Shown here piece after piece: positions 37,537 through 49,686 of a stretch of 64,000 bases of DNA (position 1 is its first letter; every line of letters begins with the position of its first letter). Position numbers and translations under genes: made by a program. The notes under the pieces were generated by a model. The model was not told the origin of the DNA. It searched no databases and saw only the letters and a program-made list of their open reading frames with translations. The stretch comes from Podarcis pityusensis (taxonomy: Eukaryota), in NCBI GenBank assembly GCA_964106645.2, contig OZ067044.1; one strand, 5' to 3'.

Positions 37537-37895
37537 GGGACGCGGGTGGCGCTGTGGGTTAAACCACAGAGCCTAGGACTTGCCGATCAGAAGGTCGGTG
37601 GTTTGAATCCCCGTGACGGGGTGAGTTCCTGTTGCTCAGTCTCAGCTCCTGTCAACCTAGCAGTTTGAAAGCACGTCAAAGTGCAAATAGATAAATAGGT
37701 ACCGCTCCGGCAGGAAGGTAAACGGCGTTTCCGTGCGCTGCTCTGGTTTCGCCAGAAGTGGCTTAGTCCTGCTGGCCACATGACCCGGAAGCTGTACGCC
37801 CGGCTCCCTTGGCCAATAAAGCGAGATGAGCGCCGCAACCCCAGAGTCGGCCACGACTGGACCTAATGGTCAGGGGTCCCTTTACCTTTACCTTT
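37537..37895 (+). mobile_element. Full-length Sauria SINE
   Basis: GGGACGCGGGTGGCGCTGTGG tRNA-like head, (ACCTTT)n tail, TSD TTAAACCATAACAA (37521-37534 and 37894-37907). Confidence 0.9.
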
Positions 37896-37914
37896 AAACC
37901 ATAACAAGATCAAG

Positions 37915-38085
37915 ACTCACCTGAACATAATTTTCAGCTACAGCATTGAAAATGCCCCTGCCATTGCAACTTGAAGGCTTGCAAAAAAAAATCTCTACAT
38001 TCTGAACAGCAGGTTCTAGTAATATAATTTTATGTTTTTCTAGTTCTCTCATGTACTAAATCAGGTAGGTAAGAGGAAGACAAGC
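37915..38085 (-). pseudogene. Ghost gamma-B cytoplasmic tail with intact donor, downstream of gene 5
   Basis: LPLTYLI*YMRELEKHKIILLEPAVQNVEIFFCKPSSCNGRGIFNAVAENYVQ|GTGAGT, ungapped similarity to [37 protein letters not shown]. Confidence 0.75.
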
Positions 38086-38284
38086 TAAAAATATTAGTTT
38101 TACTCAGTGCAATTTGTCTAGGCAAAGAGGTGCCTACTTTGTTCTCTTATAATGGCAAAAGAGCCTACCTGAGCGGCGCCAGAACTGAGTGCTGGTGCAT
38201 TCTGACAGAAAGAAAGGTCTGGTTTTATTCCTACAAGGAGCAAGCCTGTGCTGCCAACATCACAGTTCCGAAAGCAAAGCTTAC

Positions 38285-40714
38285 CTGCTCACCAACCTCC
38301 TCTTTGGCATTGGCATCCCCACAGTTGCCATCCACAAGAACCACCTGAGAGCTATCATTGCACAGCAAATTTTCTGCCACCTGAATATGGGGTTTCGGGA
38401 AAGAGATCTGCTCTTTCCTCATCTCTGACGATAGGCAGAGTTGGTAGGAATAAGGTAAAGTTCCTTCTTCATAGTTTGGTGGAAATATGACCTGCGCCTT
38501 AGAAAAAGCATTAGGTTCAAAGCACTGGAATAATTTGGGATTTCCTGATTGTCGAAGTTTCATGACAATGACCAGTATTACCGTCAGGAGGAATAAAAAT
38601 GAGATCAATGCCAAAGCCAGCACCAAGTAAAACTGGAGGTCAGAATGATGCTCTGTGTCACTGGATTGCCTAGTCATTTCCGGAAGTGCCTCTTGGAAGT
38701 TCTCTGCAATCACAAGGTTGAGGACCACAGTAGCTGAGAGTGGAGCCTTCCCATTGTCCTTCACCAAGATGACCAGCTTCTGTTTCACAGCATCTTTCTC
38801 CAGAAGGGCTCGTGACGTCCTGATCTCTCCCGTGTGGGTCCCAATGGTGAAGAGGGCCGGCTCTGTGGCCTGCAGCACTTGGTAGGAGAGCCAGGCATTG
38901 TGCCCAGAGTCCGCGTCCACAGCCACCACTTTGGTCACTAGGTAGCCTGGCTCTGCCGAGTGAGGAACCATCTCAAACAAGGCAGAGCCCTCGGCGCTTG
39001 TGAAAGGATACAGAACGCGAGGGCTGTTATCGTTCTGATCCAAAATGTACACCCACACGGTGGCGTTGTTGCTGAGAGAGGGAGAGCCGCCATCTTGGGC
39101 CTTCACTTGGATCTTAAACTCCCGGAATTGCTCATAGTCAAAGGAGCGCTGTGCATAGATAGTTCCCGCCTCAGAGTTGATGGAGACGTAAGAGGAGAGA
39201 GGCAGCTCCTCCATGTTGCTGTTGAGGATGGAGTAAGTGATACGTGAGTTGCGGTCCAGATCCGGGTCCAAGGCTTTGATGGCAAAAATGGAGGCACCTG
39301 AGGGATTGTTTTCAGGAACAAAGACACTGTAGCTTGATTTTTCAAAGGCAGGTGGGTTGTCATTGATATCTGAAATCTGCAGGGAGATGGTTTTGTTGGA
39401 GGAGAGAGGAGGGCTACCTTTGTCAGTGGCCATGATTGTGATGTTGTATCCTGAGGCTTTTTCTCTGTCCAATGGACTGTCTGTGTGGATTTTGTAGTTA
39501 TTCTTAGATATTGATGCTATTTTAAATGGTACATTATTTTGTAAGTGGCAGGTAATTTTTCCGTTTTCTCCAGAATCACTATCCTTTACGTTGATGAGAG
39601 CAATTACTGTTCCAGAAACAGAGTCTTCTGGAATCGGACTGGATAAGGAGGCCAGAATGATCTCTGGTGCATTGTCATTCTCATCTATAATCTTTATATC
39701 AACATTACAGTGAGCTACTAATCCTCCTCCATCTCTTGCTTCAATGGTCATAGTGTACTTCTCTGTTTCCTCAAAGTCAAGAGCTTCCTTAATTGTAATT
39801 GTTCCACTTTGTGGATCTAGTTCAAATATTTGGTGGGCTGTTTCTGGGATGTTATTAAAAATATAACTAATATGTGCATTTAGACCTTCATCCCTATCAG
39901 AGGCTTTTACTTGGAGTATTGGGGACCCCACAGGGGAATTTTCCCTCAGGTTAACTGTATAAACTTCTTGAGTGAAGACTGGTGGGTTATCATTGGCATC
40001 TGTGATGTTAATCCATATCTGGGCAGTCCCAGTTTTTCTGGGCTCACCCCCATCCAGGGCCGTAAGGATCAACTGAAGCGAGTGCTCACTTTCCCGATCC
40101 AAAGGTTTCTGCAACACCAATTCTGCATATTTATGGCCATCTTCTCTCTGTCGAATCTCTAGAATGAAATAGTGATTTGAACTCAGCTGGTAATTTTGGA
40201 GAGAATTAATCCCAATATCAGGATCTTGAGCTTTCCCAAGAAGAAATTTGGCACCTGGCAATGTGGATTCAATTATTTGAAGCCCAATATTGCCCTTTAT
40301 GAATTGTGGGATGTTATCATTAATGTCCTGAATTGCTACACTTACATGGAAAACATTCAATGGCTTTTCAACCACAGCTTCAAAATCAATAATGCAGTGT
40401 GTGCTCTCTCTACACATCCCCTCACGATCTATCCTCTCATTCACATATAGGTTTCCATTTTCAGCATTGATAGTGAAGTATGGCTTTTTACCTTCAGAAA
40501 GGATATGCAGGTTTCTGCTCTTCAGTTCTCTGGCATTCAGTCCTAGATCCTTGGCAAGATTTCCCACCAAAGATCCCTTTGCCATCTCCTCTGGGATAGA
40601 ATAGTGAACCTCTTCCAAAACTGCTCCACAGAACAAAGATGAAAATATCAGAAGTGTTATATACCTCCCTGATGTTTGAAAGCTCTCTCCATGAAGGATT
40701 TCTCTTCTCTTCAT
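38285..40714 (-). CDS. PCDHG: Protocadherin gamma variable exon, gamma-B-like, B subfamily (gene 5)
   Basis: Full ORF; ATG 40714 (the track start at 40738 is GTG); donor CAG|GTAAGC at 38285; 810 codons. Confidence 0.95.
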
Positions 40715-40962
40715 TTTCCTCTTCTCTTTGATGAGCACAGGATTTCAGATTTCCACCAAGAGAGGAGATTTTTTTTTGCACTGTAAAAAAAAAGAACTGG
40801 ATCCTTGGCTTAATTTGTATATGCTGCAGTGTTTTCTTTTTCCTTTTTCCAGCTGAAACGTTTGTTCCAGCTTTTGCTGGTATTCCCGATGTGCAGTTTG
40901 GGACAAAGAGATCTCTCTGCAGAAAGCATCAGTGGAACTTCAGCTGCCCTTGGATTGCCGCC

Positions 40963-41004
40963 TTGTCCAACAGTGACACTGTGAGTCTGAAGCAGAGAAC
41001 TGCA
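40963..41004 (-). promoter_or_regulatory. CSE-type element of gene 5 (CGCT replaced by CACT)
   Basis: TGCAGTTCTCTGCTTCAGACTCACAGTGTCACTGTTGGACAA. Confidence 0.8.
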
Positions 41005-42019
41005 ATCTTTTCCCAGTGATTTTTCTTCCCTAATTCATGACATGGCATGGTGGTATTTATATTTAATGACTCAAACTATATTCTGATACAGGATATGTGA
41101 ACCCTCTTCTGTTATAAAGCAGAAATATTTGTGTTTTGTTTGTGTTATCTTTTCACTAGCATTACAGGTAAAAAAAAATCAACTTCAAAGGAGTATTTGC
41201 AGTATGAACAAGCAATAAAAACATAGTATAGATTCATTTCCTCAATTTAAAGCACTTACAATTTTTACCAAGAATATCAATCTGTAAACCTCTCTAAGAG
41301 AAAAATTGAATTTCTCTAGTGGATTTCTCTATGAAGTGTTACGGTGTACAAAGAAAAAGACGATGGGAGAATTGAGGAAATTATTTTACTCAAGGTTTTA
41401 AAAACCTCCAAGGAAGGAGAGATAGAATGATGAAATCTTAGAGTTGGACGTGACCTCAGGGGTCATCCAGTCCAACCCCCAGCAATGCAGGAATCTCATC
41501 CATGGCAGATGGCCATCCAACCTCTGTTTATAAATTGAATTAAGTGCAATTCAAGTGTTCAGTGTGCTTTAAGTGTCTTCAGCTGGTGTAGTGTAAGAAA
41601 CAGAATAGTAATGCAGTTTGTGTCTTGCATTTGGCATGAACTCAGCAGGTTCCTTTAAGTAAGCCACACTTCCCTCAAGGCTCTTCCTGCAGTATGGGAA
41701 TAATTGCACTAATACTATATAATATCATACATTGTAAGTATTATAACACAGGAAGTAATGTTGCTGTTCTGACAAATCCTGGATATTTGAGGAACTTTAC
41801 TTAGCTTTAGCTCCAGACTTAGCCTGCAATCTTTTGCACTGCGCTGGTGGTGGTAGGGTTTGGATTGGTTGGAGCTGTTCCTCTGCCAAGCTCTACCAGC
41901 CTCCACTGGCCTCTACCCACAGGGGGTCACTCTGCTGGGGCAGAATTGCCTGTTCCCTCTGCCAAATGTATGCTTGGTTAGTAGTCATGCCAGTGGGATC
42001 TCCACTCATGGCAGCTGAT

Positions 42020-43260
42020 GAAAGATTCTGAAAGGGGCAAGGACAGGGAGAGACAGGAGCCAGTCCCACTACTGTCCTGGGATGGCAATGGGCCTGATGT
42101 GGGTCTAAGGTGCCCCTCCACCTTCTGCCCAGACCAGCAGCAATGCTGCGGATGTGACAGTGGTCTCTTTGCTCTGTTATGCCTCACAATGCCCAAGCCA
42201 GGATTTGGATAGCAGCCTTAGTCATGGTTATAGCTGATCCACGAAAATCAATGTGGTTTAACTCAGTAATAGCTAACTTGTCAAGTTGATTTCAATGCTT
42301 CAGCTCTATGTATGGCCAAGTCTGGATCCAGCCCACTATATACATAACCCTACTTAAAACATATACCTTCCAAGATAACCACAATTCACATTTCTTCAGC
42401 AAAAGCAGCCTCTAAGCAGTTTACAACTATAAAATAAATATGATCAACTAGTTGTGCATAAAGGGCTTTAATGTATCTCCAGCTAAATAATCAATATCCA
42501 CGCTCTACTCTAGAAGACCACTGGCAATTAGTCTTGACCTGGTGGCGGATTTTATATCACACATACTGAAACATGATTGAACTACACAATACAGGTAAAA
42601 AGAAAAAAAAGTGTGGTCTGTGTTTGCTTCCACACCCCAGCATGAAGCCAGACACAGTGGATGGATTTGACTATGTGCCACAACTTATTTATTTACAAGT
42701 CTGATCTACATATGATTAAATTATACTACTTCTACAACCTCAGTGATGACATACTTAATGCCAAGATGGAGGCTAGGAACTGTCTTTTCTGCCAGACACA
42801 TTAAACAGTTGTCGCCATTCTGGGTCCAAGTATTGGATCAATATTGAAACTGGTCTTTTCTCTTCAGTGCCCTCCTCCCCAGCTCCACTGAGTGCAAATG
42901 AGGACCTTTAGGTATCATCAGCCCTGAGCCAGTAAGTCAATGAGGTCATCAGTACAGACGAATAATTGCCATGACCAGATTCTCCCAAATTAGTAAGAAT
43001 ACCATGGAGGTTGGTTTGGGTAACTCTCCTTTCAGGTCTTGGGCTGCTCACTATAGGATCCTTATGTTTTCTAACCTACATAGCACTTGCCAGTTGTGGC
43101 ACATTTAAAAAGAATGGCTGGGGTCCAAATACAGCCAGTCTTTAATTATTGGCTGCCTAGCAGATGAGAAAGCTCCTGTCATTCATCCTCTCATTCGGCC
43201 AATTTAGCAACAAGAACAAAATACTACCATTCAGCCCCAACTGGGAACTGATAGATCCTG
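42020..43260 (-). pseudogene. Highly decayed Pcdh EC5-EC6-TM relic
   Basis: LGLNGSILFLLLNWPNERMNDRSFL (cf. [25 protein letters not shown]), KTGCIW, AAQD, YLKV, IVRHNRAKRPLS/TSAALLLVWAE and VVGLAPVS in colinear order. Confidence 0.45.
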
Positions 43261-43621
43261 CCTTGTTTGAAGCTAGAAGGAGAAGGCCAGATACTGCCAT
43301 GCCAAACAGAGGCCTAGAGATGGTGCCACCATGCCCACCCCAACTGTCCACAGAGGCAGCGTTGAGAACATGCTGCACAATTAACGCCTCCGAAAGATTA
43401 AAGTAAAAGCATCTTCTGTGGAGTTCAAAGATACACATAAAAAGGTTGCATCCACATTACACATGACCTCCTACATTAAAACAATGGGTTAAGCATTGCA
43501 TCCAGTGCTCAATTAAATACCAACAATTTGATCAGTGAAATCCAATCTGCACTGTTAAATGAAACAGGGAAACTCTAGATCCGAACCATGATGTCAAAAT
43601 ACTTTGTACAATGTTCTTCAA
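42822..43621 (+). repeat. ~800 bp non-coding duplicon, near-identical to 54017-54821
   Basis: Shared sequence from GGGTCCAAGTATTGGATC to TACTTTGTACAATGTT; twin ORF translations in the track. Confidence 0.9.
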
Positions 43622-43957
43622 CATGAACCACAAGTAGCCTATTCAGACTTTTGTAAGGACTCTAGTATATCCGAAATTAAAATCATTTTAGACCTAGTGA
43701 AGCCATATCATATTATTTTAAATCCAGGTAGCTACAATGCACTACTGGTGAAAAATGATACATTGTACTCCAATAATTGAATGTTGTAGTTGACCATTCT
43801 TGATTCAAAAGGAAAGAAAGAAGGGGGCTATGATTATAAAATAGAAGCATCAGCACATTGCTCCCACCCCATGTCATGAAATGATCAGAAAATAATTATC
43901 TTCCTCATTTACTATATTATTTAATGTTCAAGCTACTTATGCTGGAAAGCTGGAATA

Positions 43958-44208
43958 CAATCGTACTTTGGATCCCGAACACCCTGGAACTCGGAAGTTT
44001 TGGCTCCCGAATGCCGCAAACCCGGAAGTGATTGTTCCGGTTTGCATACATTTTTTTGGAACCCGAATGTCCAGTGGGGGTTCTGAGACTTCTGATTGGC
44101 TGCAGGAGCTTCCTACAGCCAATCAGAAGCTACAATTTGGTTTTCAAAGGTTTTGGAAGTCAAACGGACTTCCAGAATGGATTCTGTTTGACTTCCAAGG
44201 TAGGACTG
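43958..44208. mobile_element. Degenerate mariner-type MITE
   Basis: Imperfect TIRs CAATCGTACTTTGGA / TCCAAGGTAGGACTG; internal palindrome CTTCTGATTGGCTG...CAGCCAATCAGAAG. Confidence 0.65.
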
Positions 44209-44718
44209 CACAATCTAGGAGTAAGCCCTACTGAACTCAATAGCACACAACTGCCATACAGAAAGAAGTATACCTTCTCAATTATATAATAAAAACGTCG
44301 GCACATTCCACACCCACTCATAAGATTAAATAAGCAATATATATATCCATTTCACTTCATTTAATTTCATGTTCCCACTATTCAAATTCCAAAGCTTAAA
44401 TCCTAAGCACTCTTACCTGACAGAAAGTCACACTGAATTCAACAGGACTCACATCTGGGTAGATATGGTTAGGACTGAACTAGAAATCTCAAAATGCAAT
44501 GGAGAAAATAGACTATACCTGCAATAGGTAGTTTAGCCTCAGCTGTTTACTATATATAAAGAAGATGATGATTCATGAATCTAGATGGAAAATTAACTAA
44601 AGTCTGAAAAATGAAAAAGCAAGTACATATGATGTATAAAAGGTTGTATTGAAATGTCACTTAACGGTAAAGAACTACAGAGTGTACCATGCATGTAACT
44701 GCAGAGAACAAATCTTAC

Positions 44719-47139
44719 CTCTTCACCATTAGCCATCTCAGACTGAAAATTGTTTCCACTGTTGCCTGTAAAAGGCACAGCAGGTTTCTCACTGCCAAGA
44801 ATATTGTCTAGTATCTGAACATTGGGTGTCATGAAGGCAAACTCATTCTTCCTGGTCTCAGAAGACAGACACAGCTGGTAGGAATAGGGCAAAGTCCCAT
44901 CTTCAAAGTTGGGTGGGAAGATGGCACCATTCTTGGAATGGGGAACAGGACCAAAGCACTGTAGGAACCTGGGATGCCCTGATTGACGGAGCTTCATTGT
45001 AACGGCCAGAATGACAGTCAAGAGGAACAAGAAGGAGATCACAGCTAAGGCCAGCACCAAGTAGAACTGCAGGTCAGACTGATACTCTGAGCTGCTGGGT
45101 TGGCTCTTCATTTCCGGAAGGGCCTCCTGAAAGTTCTCAGCAAACACCAGGTTCAGAGTCATGGTGGCCGAGAGAGACGGCTGCCCGTTATCCTTCACCA
45201 TAATGACCAGTCTCTGTTTCACAGCGTCTCTCTCCACAAAGGCCCTGGCTGTCCTGATCTCTCCAGTATGAGAACCAACCGTGAAGAGTGCCGGCTCAGT
45301 GGCCTGAGTCAGGTGGTAGGAGAGCCAGGCGTTGTGTCCAGAATCTGCATCCACGGCCACCACCTTGGTGACAAGATAATTTGCCTCGGCCGAACGAGGC
45401 ACCATCTCAAACAAGGCTGAGCCCTTGGCTTCTTGTGAGGGGGACAGGATACAAGGGCTGTTATCATTCCTGTCAAGAACAAACACCCTGACGGTCACAT
45501 TGCTGCTGAGAGGGGGAGAACCCCCATCTTGGGCCTTCACTTGCAGCCGAAACTCTCTGAATTGTTCATAGTCAAAGGATCTCTGGGCATAGATGGTGCC
45601 GGTCTCTGAATTAATGGAGATATAGGAGGAGATGGGAAGCTCCTCAATGTTGCTGTTGAGGATGGAGTATGTGATCCGTGAGTTCTGATCCATGTCGGAA
45701 TCAGAGGCTTTGATGGTGAAAATGGAGGCACCTGAAGGATTGTTTTCTGGCACATAGATGTTGTAGGTTGATCTCTGAAATGTAGGGGCATTATCATTGA
45801 TATCTGAGATCTGTAGTGAGATTGTTTTGTGTGTGGAAAGAGGCGGAGTTCCTTTGTCAGTGGCTGTGATTGTAATATTGTATGCAGGAGCTATTTCTCT
45901 GTCCAAAGGGCTGACTGTCAGAAGTTTGTAGAAATTGTTAGATGAGGAAATAATCTTGAAGGGCAAATCACTGTTTAAATAGCAGGTAACTTTTCCATTA
46001 TCACTGGCATCTTTGTCATTTACATTGATCAGAGCAATTAAGGTTTCAGATGGTGAATCTTCAGGAACTGGGCTGAACATGGAGGTTAAGGTCACATCCG
46101 GGGCATTATCATTCTCATCAAGAACCCTTATCTCAATATTGGAATGAGTCACCAATCCCCCGCCATCTTTTGCAGCAACTGTCATAGTATATTCATCGTT
46201 GTCCTCAAAATCCAGTCGCTCCAAGAGGGTGATTATGCCACCAATGGGATCTAGACTGAATTTCTCTTGGGAAGTTGCTGGTATGTTGCTGAAATAATAC
46301 CTGATTTGGGCATATGAACCTTCATCATCATCAGAGGCTATGACCTGGAGCACCGTGGATCCAATAGGAGCATTTTCACTCAAACTGACCTTGTACACCT
46401 CTTGAGTGAAAATGGGAGGGTTGTCATTGGCATCAGTGATATTAATCCGTATCTGAGCTGTTCCAGTTTTCCTAGGCTCACCCCCATCCATTGCGGTAAG
46501 TACTAAGTGAAGGGTTTGTTCTTTTTCCCGATCCAAAGATTTCTGCAACACCAATTCTGCATATTTATTTCCATCTTTTCTCTCTCTAACTTCCAAATTG
46601 AAGTACTGATTGGAGCTCAGCTGGTAATCCTGTAGGGAGTTCATCCCAATGTCAGGATCTTCAGCTTTCCCAAGGAGAAATCGAGTGCCTAGCAAAGTGG
46701 ATTCAAGCATCTCTAAATTGATATTGCTATTCAGGAACTGGGGCGCATTATCATTAACATCCTGGATTTCTACTGTTACATGGAAAACATTCAGCGGGTT
46801 TTCTACCACAACTTCAAACTGAACAAAGCAAAGTGGATTTTTGCCACATATCCCCTCCCTATCAATCCTGTCATTTACATAGAGGTTTCCATTCTCTGCA
46901 TTGATACTGAAATGCTGCATTTTAGCCACAGACACAGTGTGCAGATTGCGATGTTTTAGTTCTTTGGTGCTCAGTCCCAGGTCCTTGGCGAGGTTCCCCA
47001 CAACGGAACCCTTTGCCATCTCCTCAGGGGTTGAATAATGAATCTGCTCTGATGCAGCCCAACAGGTAAAAGCCAATAGAGAGAGAAGCAGTACTTGCCT
47101 TGTGAGTGCCCTGCCATTCCCTCTGTGCCTTCTCTCCAT
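44719..47139 (-). CDS. PCDHG: Protocadherin gamma variable exon, gamma-B-like, M subfamily (gene 6)
   Basis: Full ORF MERRHRG...; donor GAG|GTAAGA at 44719; 807 codons. Confidence 0.95.
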
Positions 47140-47407
47140 CTGGCTGGTTCTCTCAAAAACAGGCTGCTTCCTTTTCTCAGTTTCCTATGCTTAAGCTCTC
47201 ACAATGATGAAGGAAACAACATGAGGTATCACTGAGGAAGAATAAACTGCCTTATTCTTATATTTGTGCAAAGCAAAAGAGATTTTTCCTTCTCTGCAAG
47301 AGTTCCGTCATTGTGCGCTTCAGTTGGCCTGATCTGAATAACAGTGATGGGAGTTACTGCAATCTAGGAAGCATCAATGGATCTCTATCCTCTCTCTGGC
47401 TCTCATA

Positions 47408-47449
47408 CTGGCCAACACTGACACTTAGAGGACCACTCAAGGAACTGCA
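47408..47449 (-). promoter_or_regulatory. CSE-type element of gene 6 (CAGT variant)
   Basis: TGCAGTTCCTTGAGTGGTCCTCTAAGTGTCAGTGTTGGCCAG. Confidence 0.8.
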
Positions 47450-48253
47450 AAGAAAACCATGTTGTGCAATGTACAGTACTTTCCCTTTAGCAAATTTCAA
47501 GTTATTTGCTTTCAGTTTGTAGACATTAAAGCAACAGCTCCTCTGATTGCTGCGCATAACAGGTCACAAGACTCAAAACCCAGTCTGGAGATACAGTATA
47601 CAGCCTATTGAAAACATGTTTTGCCTTGATGTCTGTCCCACTGAAATTGAACCCCGTTGAATGGAAGCTACATACCCAAGGGATCACCAGCAGAGCATTG
47701 CCTCACTTTAACACACTTATAGTCCTTTGTCCACCAGTCTATCACACAACATCAGGACACACAATTCCTTTCATTAAAATGTAACAACATAAGAAGAGAC
47801 TCGATGGATCAGACCCAAGGCCTTTCTTGTTAAGCAACTTGTCTCCCACTGTGGCATTTGGAGGCATCCTACTTCTAGTACCTGACGGGATATAGTCAGC
47901 ACGACTTGCGGCCACCATGAAGTTGTCTATAAGGCATCCAAGTTAGTGGCCATCACAGCTTTTTGTGGGAGCAATTCCCATAAGTTATTTAGTTATTAAA
48001 ATGTGTATGTGTGATTGTTCTGTATAAATAAAAATAATGGCTGGATACAAGTTTCAATAGTTTCATATTATACACTCAAAGAAAGCATACTGATTTATAA
48101 AGTTTCTAACAGTGTGTGTGAGTCTGTATTATCTTCAACCTTATTGTGCAAATTAAGTATGAAAATGTTGTATTTTTCCACAACAATGTTATCAGTCTCC
48201 GCACTCTGACTCTTACCATATTCATTAGTTTAACCATAGATAAAATATCCCAT

Positions 48254-48512
48254 CGTTCTGTCCCAGCGCCTGCCAACCTAGCAGTTCGAAAGCACCCTCG
48301 GGTGCAAGTAGATAAATAGGGACTGCTTACCAGCGGGAAGGTAAACGGCGTTCTGTGTGCTGCGCTGGCTCGCCAGATGCAGCTTGTCACGCTGGCCACG
48401 TGACCCGGAAGTGTCTGCGGACAGCGCTGGCTCCCGGCCTTTAGAGTGAGATGAGCGCACAACCCTAGAGTCTGTCAAGACTGGCCCATACGGGCAGGGG
48501 TACCTTTACCTT
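48254..48512 (+). mobile_element. 5'-truncated Sauria SINE
   Basis: Homologous to the 37537 copy, ACCTTT tail, TSD TAAAATATCCCAT (48241-48253 and 48513-48525). Confidence 0.85.
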
Positions 48513-48805
48513 TAAAATATCCCATACTCCACTCCTGTAAAGCTGGTGTTCTTAACCACACACTCCACTCAACTTATACCAAATAGTTGTTCTTGCTATA
48601 GTTAACAAGTCTTGGACTACTACTCTGCTAGTATTAAACCCTTAATACAACTGAATAAAACAATCAGAATAACCGTTGATAAAGTGTATCCTGTTATTAT
48701 TTCAGCTTCCCTTATTATATCCACCTGGAACCTTTCATTTCAGGACATGCCCCACAAAAATGTTGTTTCCTAGCATTGGTTGCCTTGCACCTCCCACTTA
48801 AATTA

Positions 48806-48974
48806 CCGTATTTTTTGCACCATAACACTCACTTTTTTCCTCCTATAAAGTAAGGGGAAATGTCTGTGCGTGTTATGGAGGGAATGCCTACGGGTGGCAT
48901 GCCTACGGATTTTCCTCCTCTAAAAACTACGTGCGTGTTATGGTCGGGTGCGTGTTATAGAGCGAAAAATACGG
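48806..48974. mobile_element. TcMar (Tc2/pogo-like) MITE
   Basis: TA|CCGTATTTTT...AAAAATACGG|TA; the paralogous spacer near 61680 shows the empty site. Confidence 0.8.
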
Positions 48975-49439
48975 TACTTGCTGTCCTGTAGATGTGGTTG
49001 AAATGTGGCACTGGCAGGACCAGCTCTCTCATATCGCTTCTCCCTTGTCTTTGATCTATACTAAATATTGTTAAGTATTGCATTTTTTTCCGAATAAAGA
49101 AGTTGTTCCACCCACTTGACCATCTTAGTTGTGCTTTTCTGAGCATTCTGCATTTCATACAAGTTCTTTCTACATGAATCTTCCAGAGAAGTTCAAAACA
49201 CTCCAAAAGATCTACTATGAACAAATAGGAAGCATTCATGTTTTACACATTTTTCAGTTAACTCGAATCAGAACAGGATGAATAAACTATGTGAGTGAAC
49301 AAAGTAAAACTCCACATATCTAACCTCTAGGAGGAACTAAAAAATAACTACTGTATATAACGATAGTGATATTTTAATAATCTACAGGAAGAAAATTACA
49401 AGGAGGAAGAACAGGATATAAATTCCATAATTCATGAAG

Positions 49440-49612
49440 ACTCACCTGAACGTTATTTTCAGACTTAGCATTGAATTTGCCTCTGTCATTGCAATTTGTA
49501 GACTACTTGTAAAAAAAGTTTTCTACAGTCTGAACAGCTGGTGCTAGTAATATAATTTGATTTTTTTTAGTTCTCTCATTTAGCAAATTAGGCAGTTAAG
49601 AGGAAGACAGCT
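49440..49612 (-). pseudogene. Ghost gamma-B cytoplasmic tail with intact donor, downstream of gene 7
   Basis: LPLNCLIC*MRELKK/NQIILLAPAVQTVENFFYK*STNCNDRGKFNAKSENNVQ|GTGAGT; paralogous to 37915-38085. Confidence 0.75.
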
Positions 49613-49686
49613 AAAAATACTAGTTATGCTCATACAAGGAACAAGGTTGTAATGCCAACATCACAGTTTCTGAAAGCAAAACTTAC

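Noticed and set aside
44593-44718. ORF extensions beyond the splice donors
   Set aside because: Intronic read-through; lengths and sequences are inconsistent between paralogues, while the donors give equal exon lengths.
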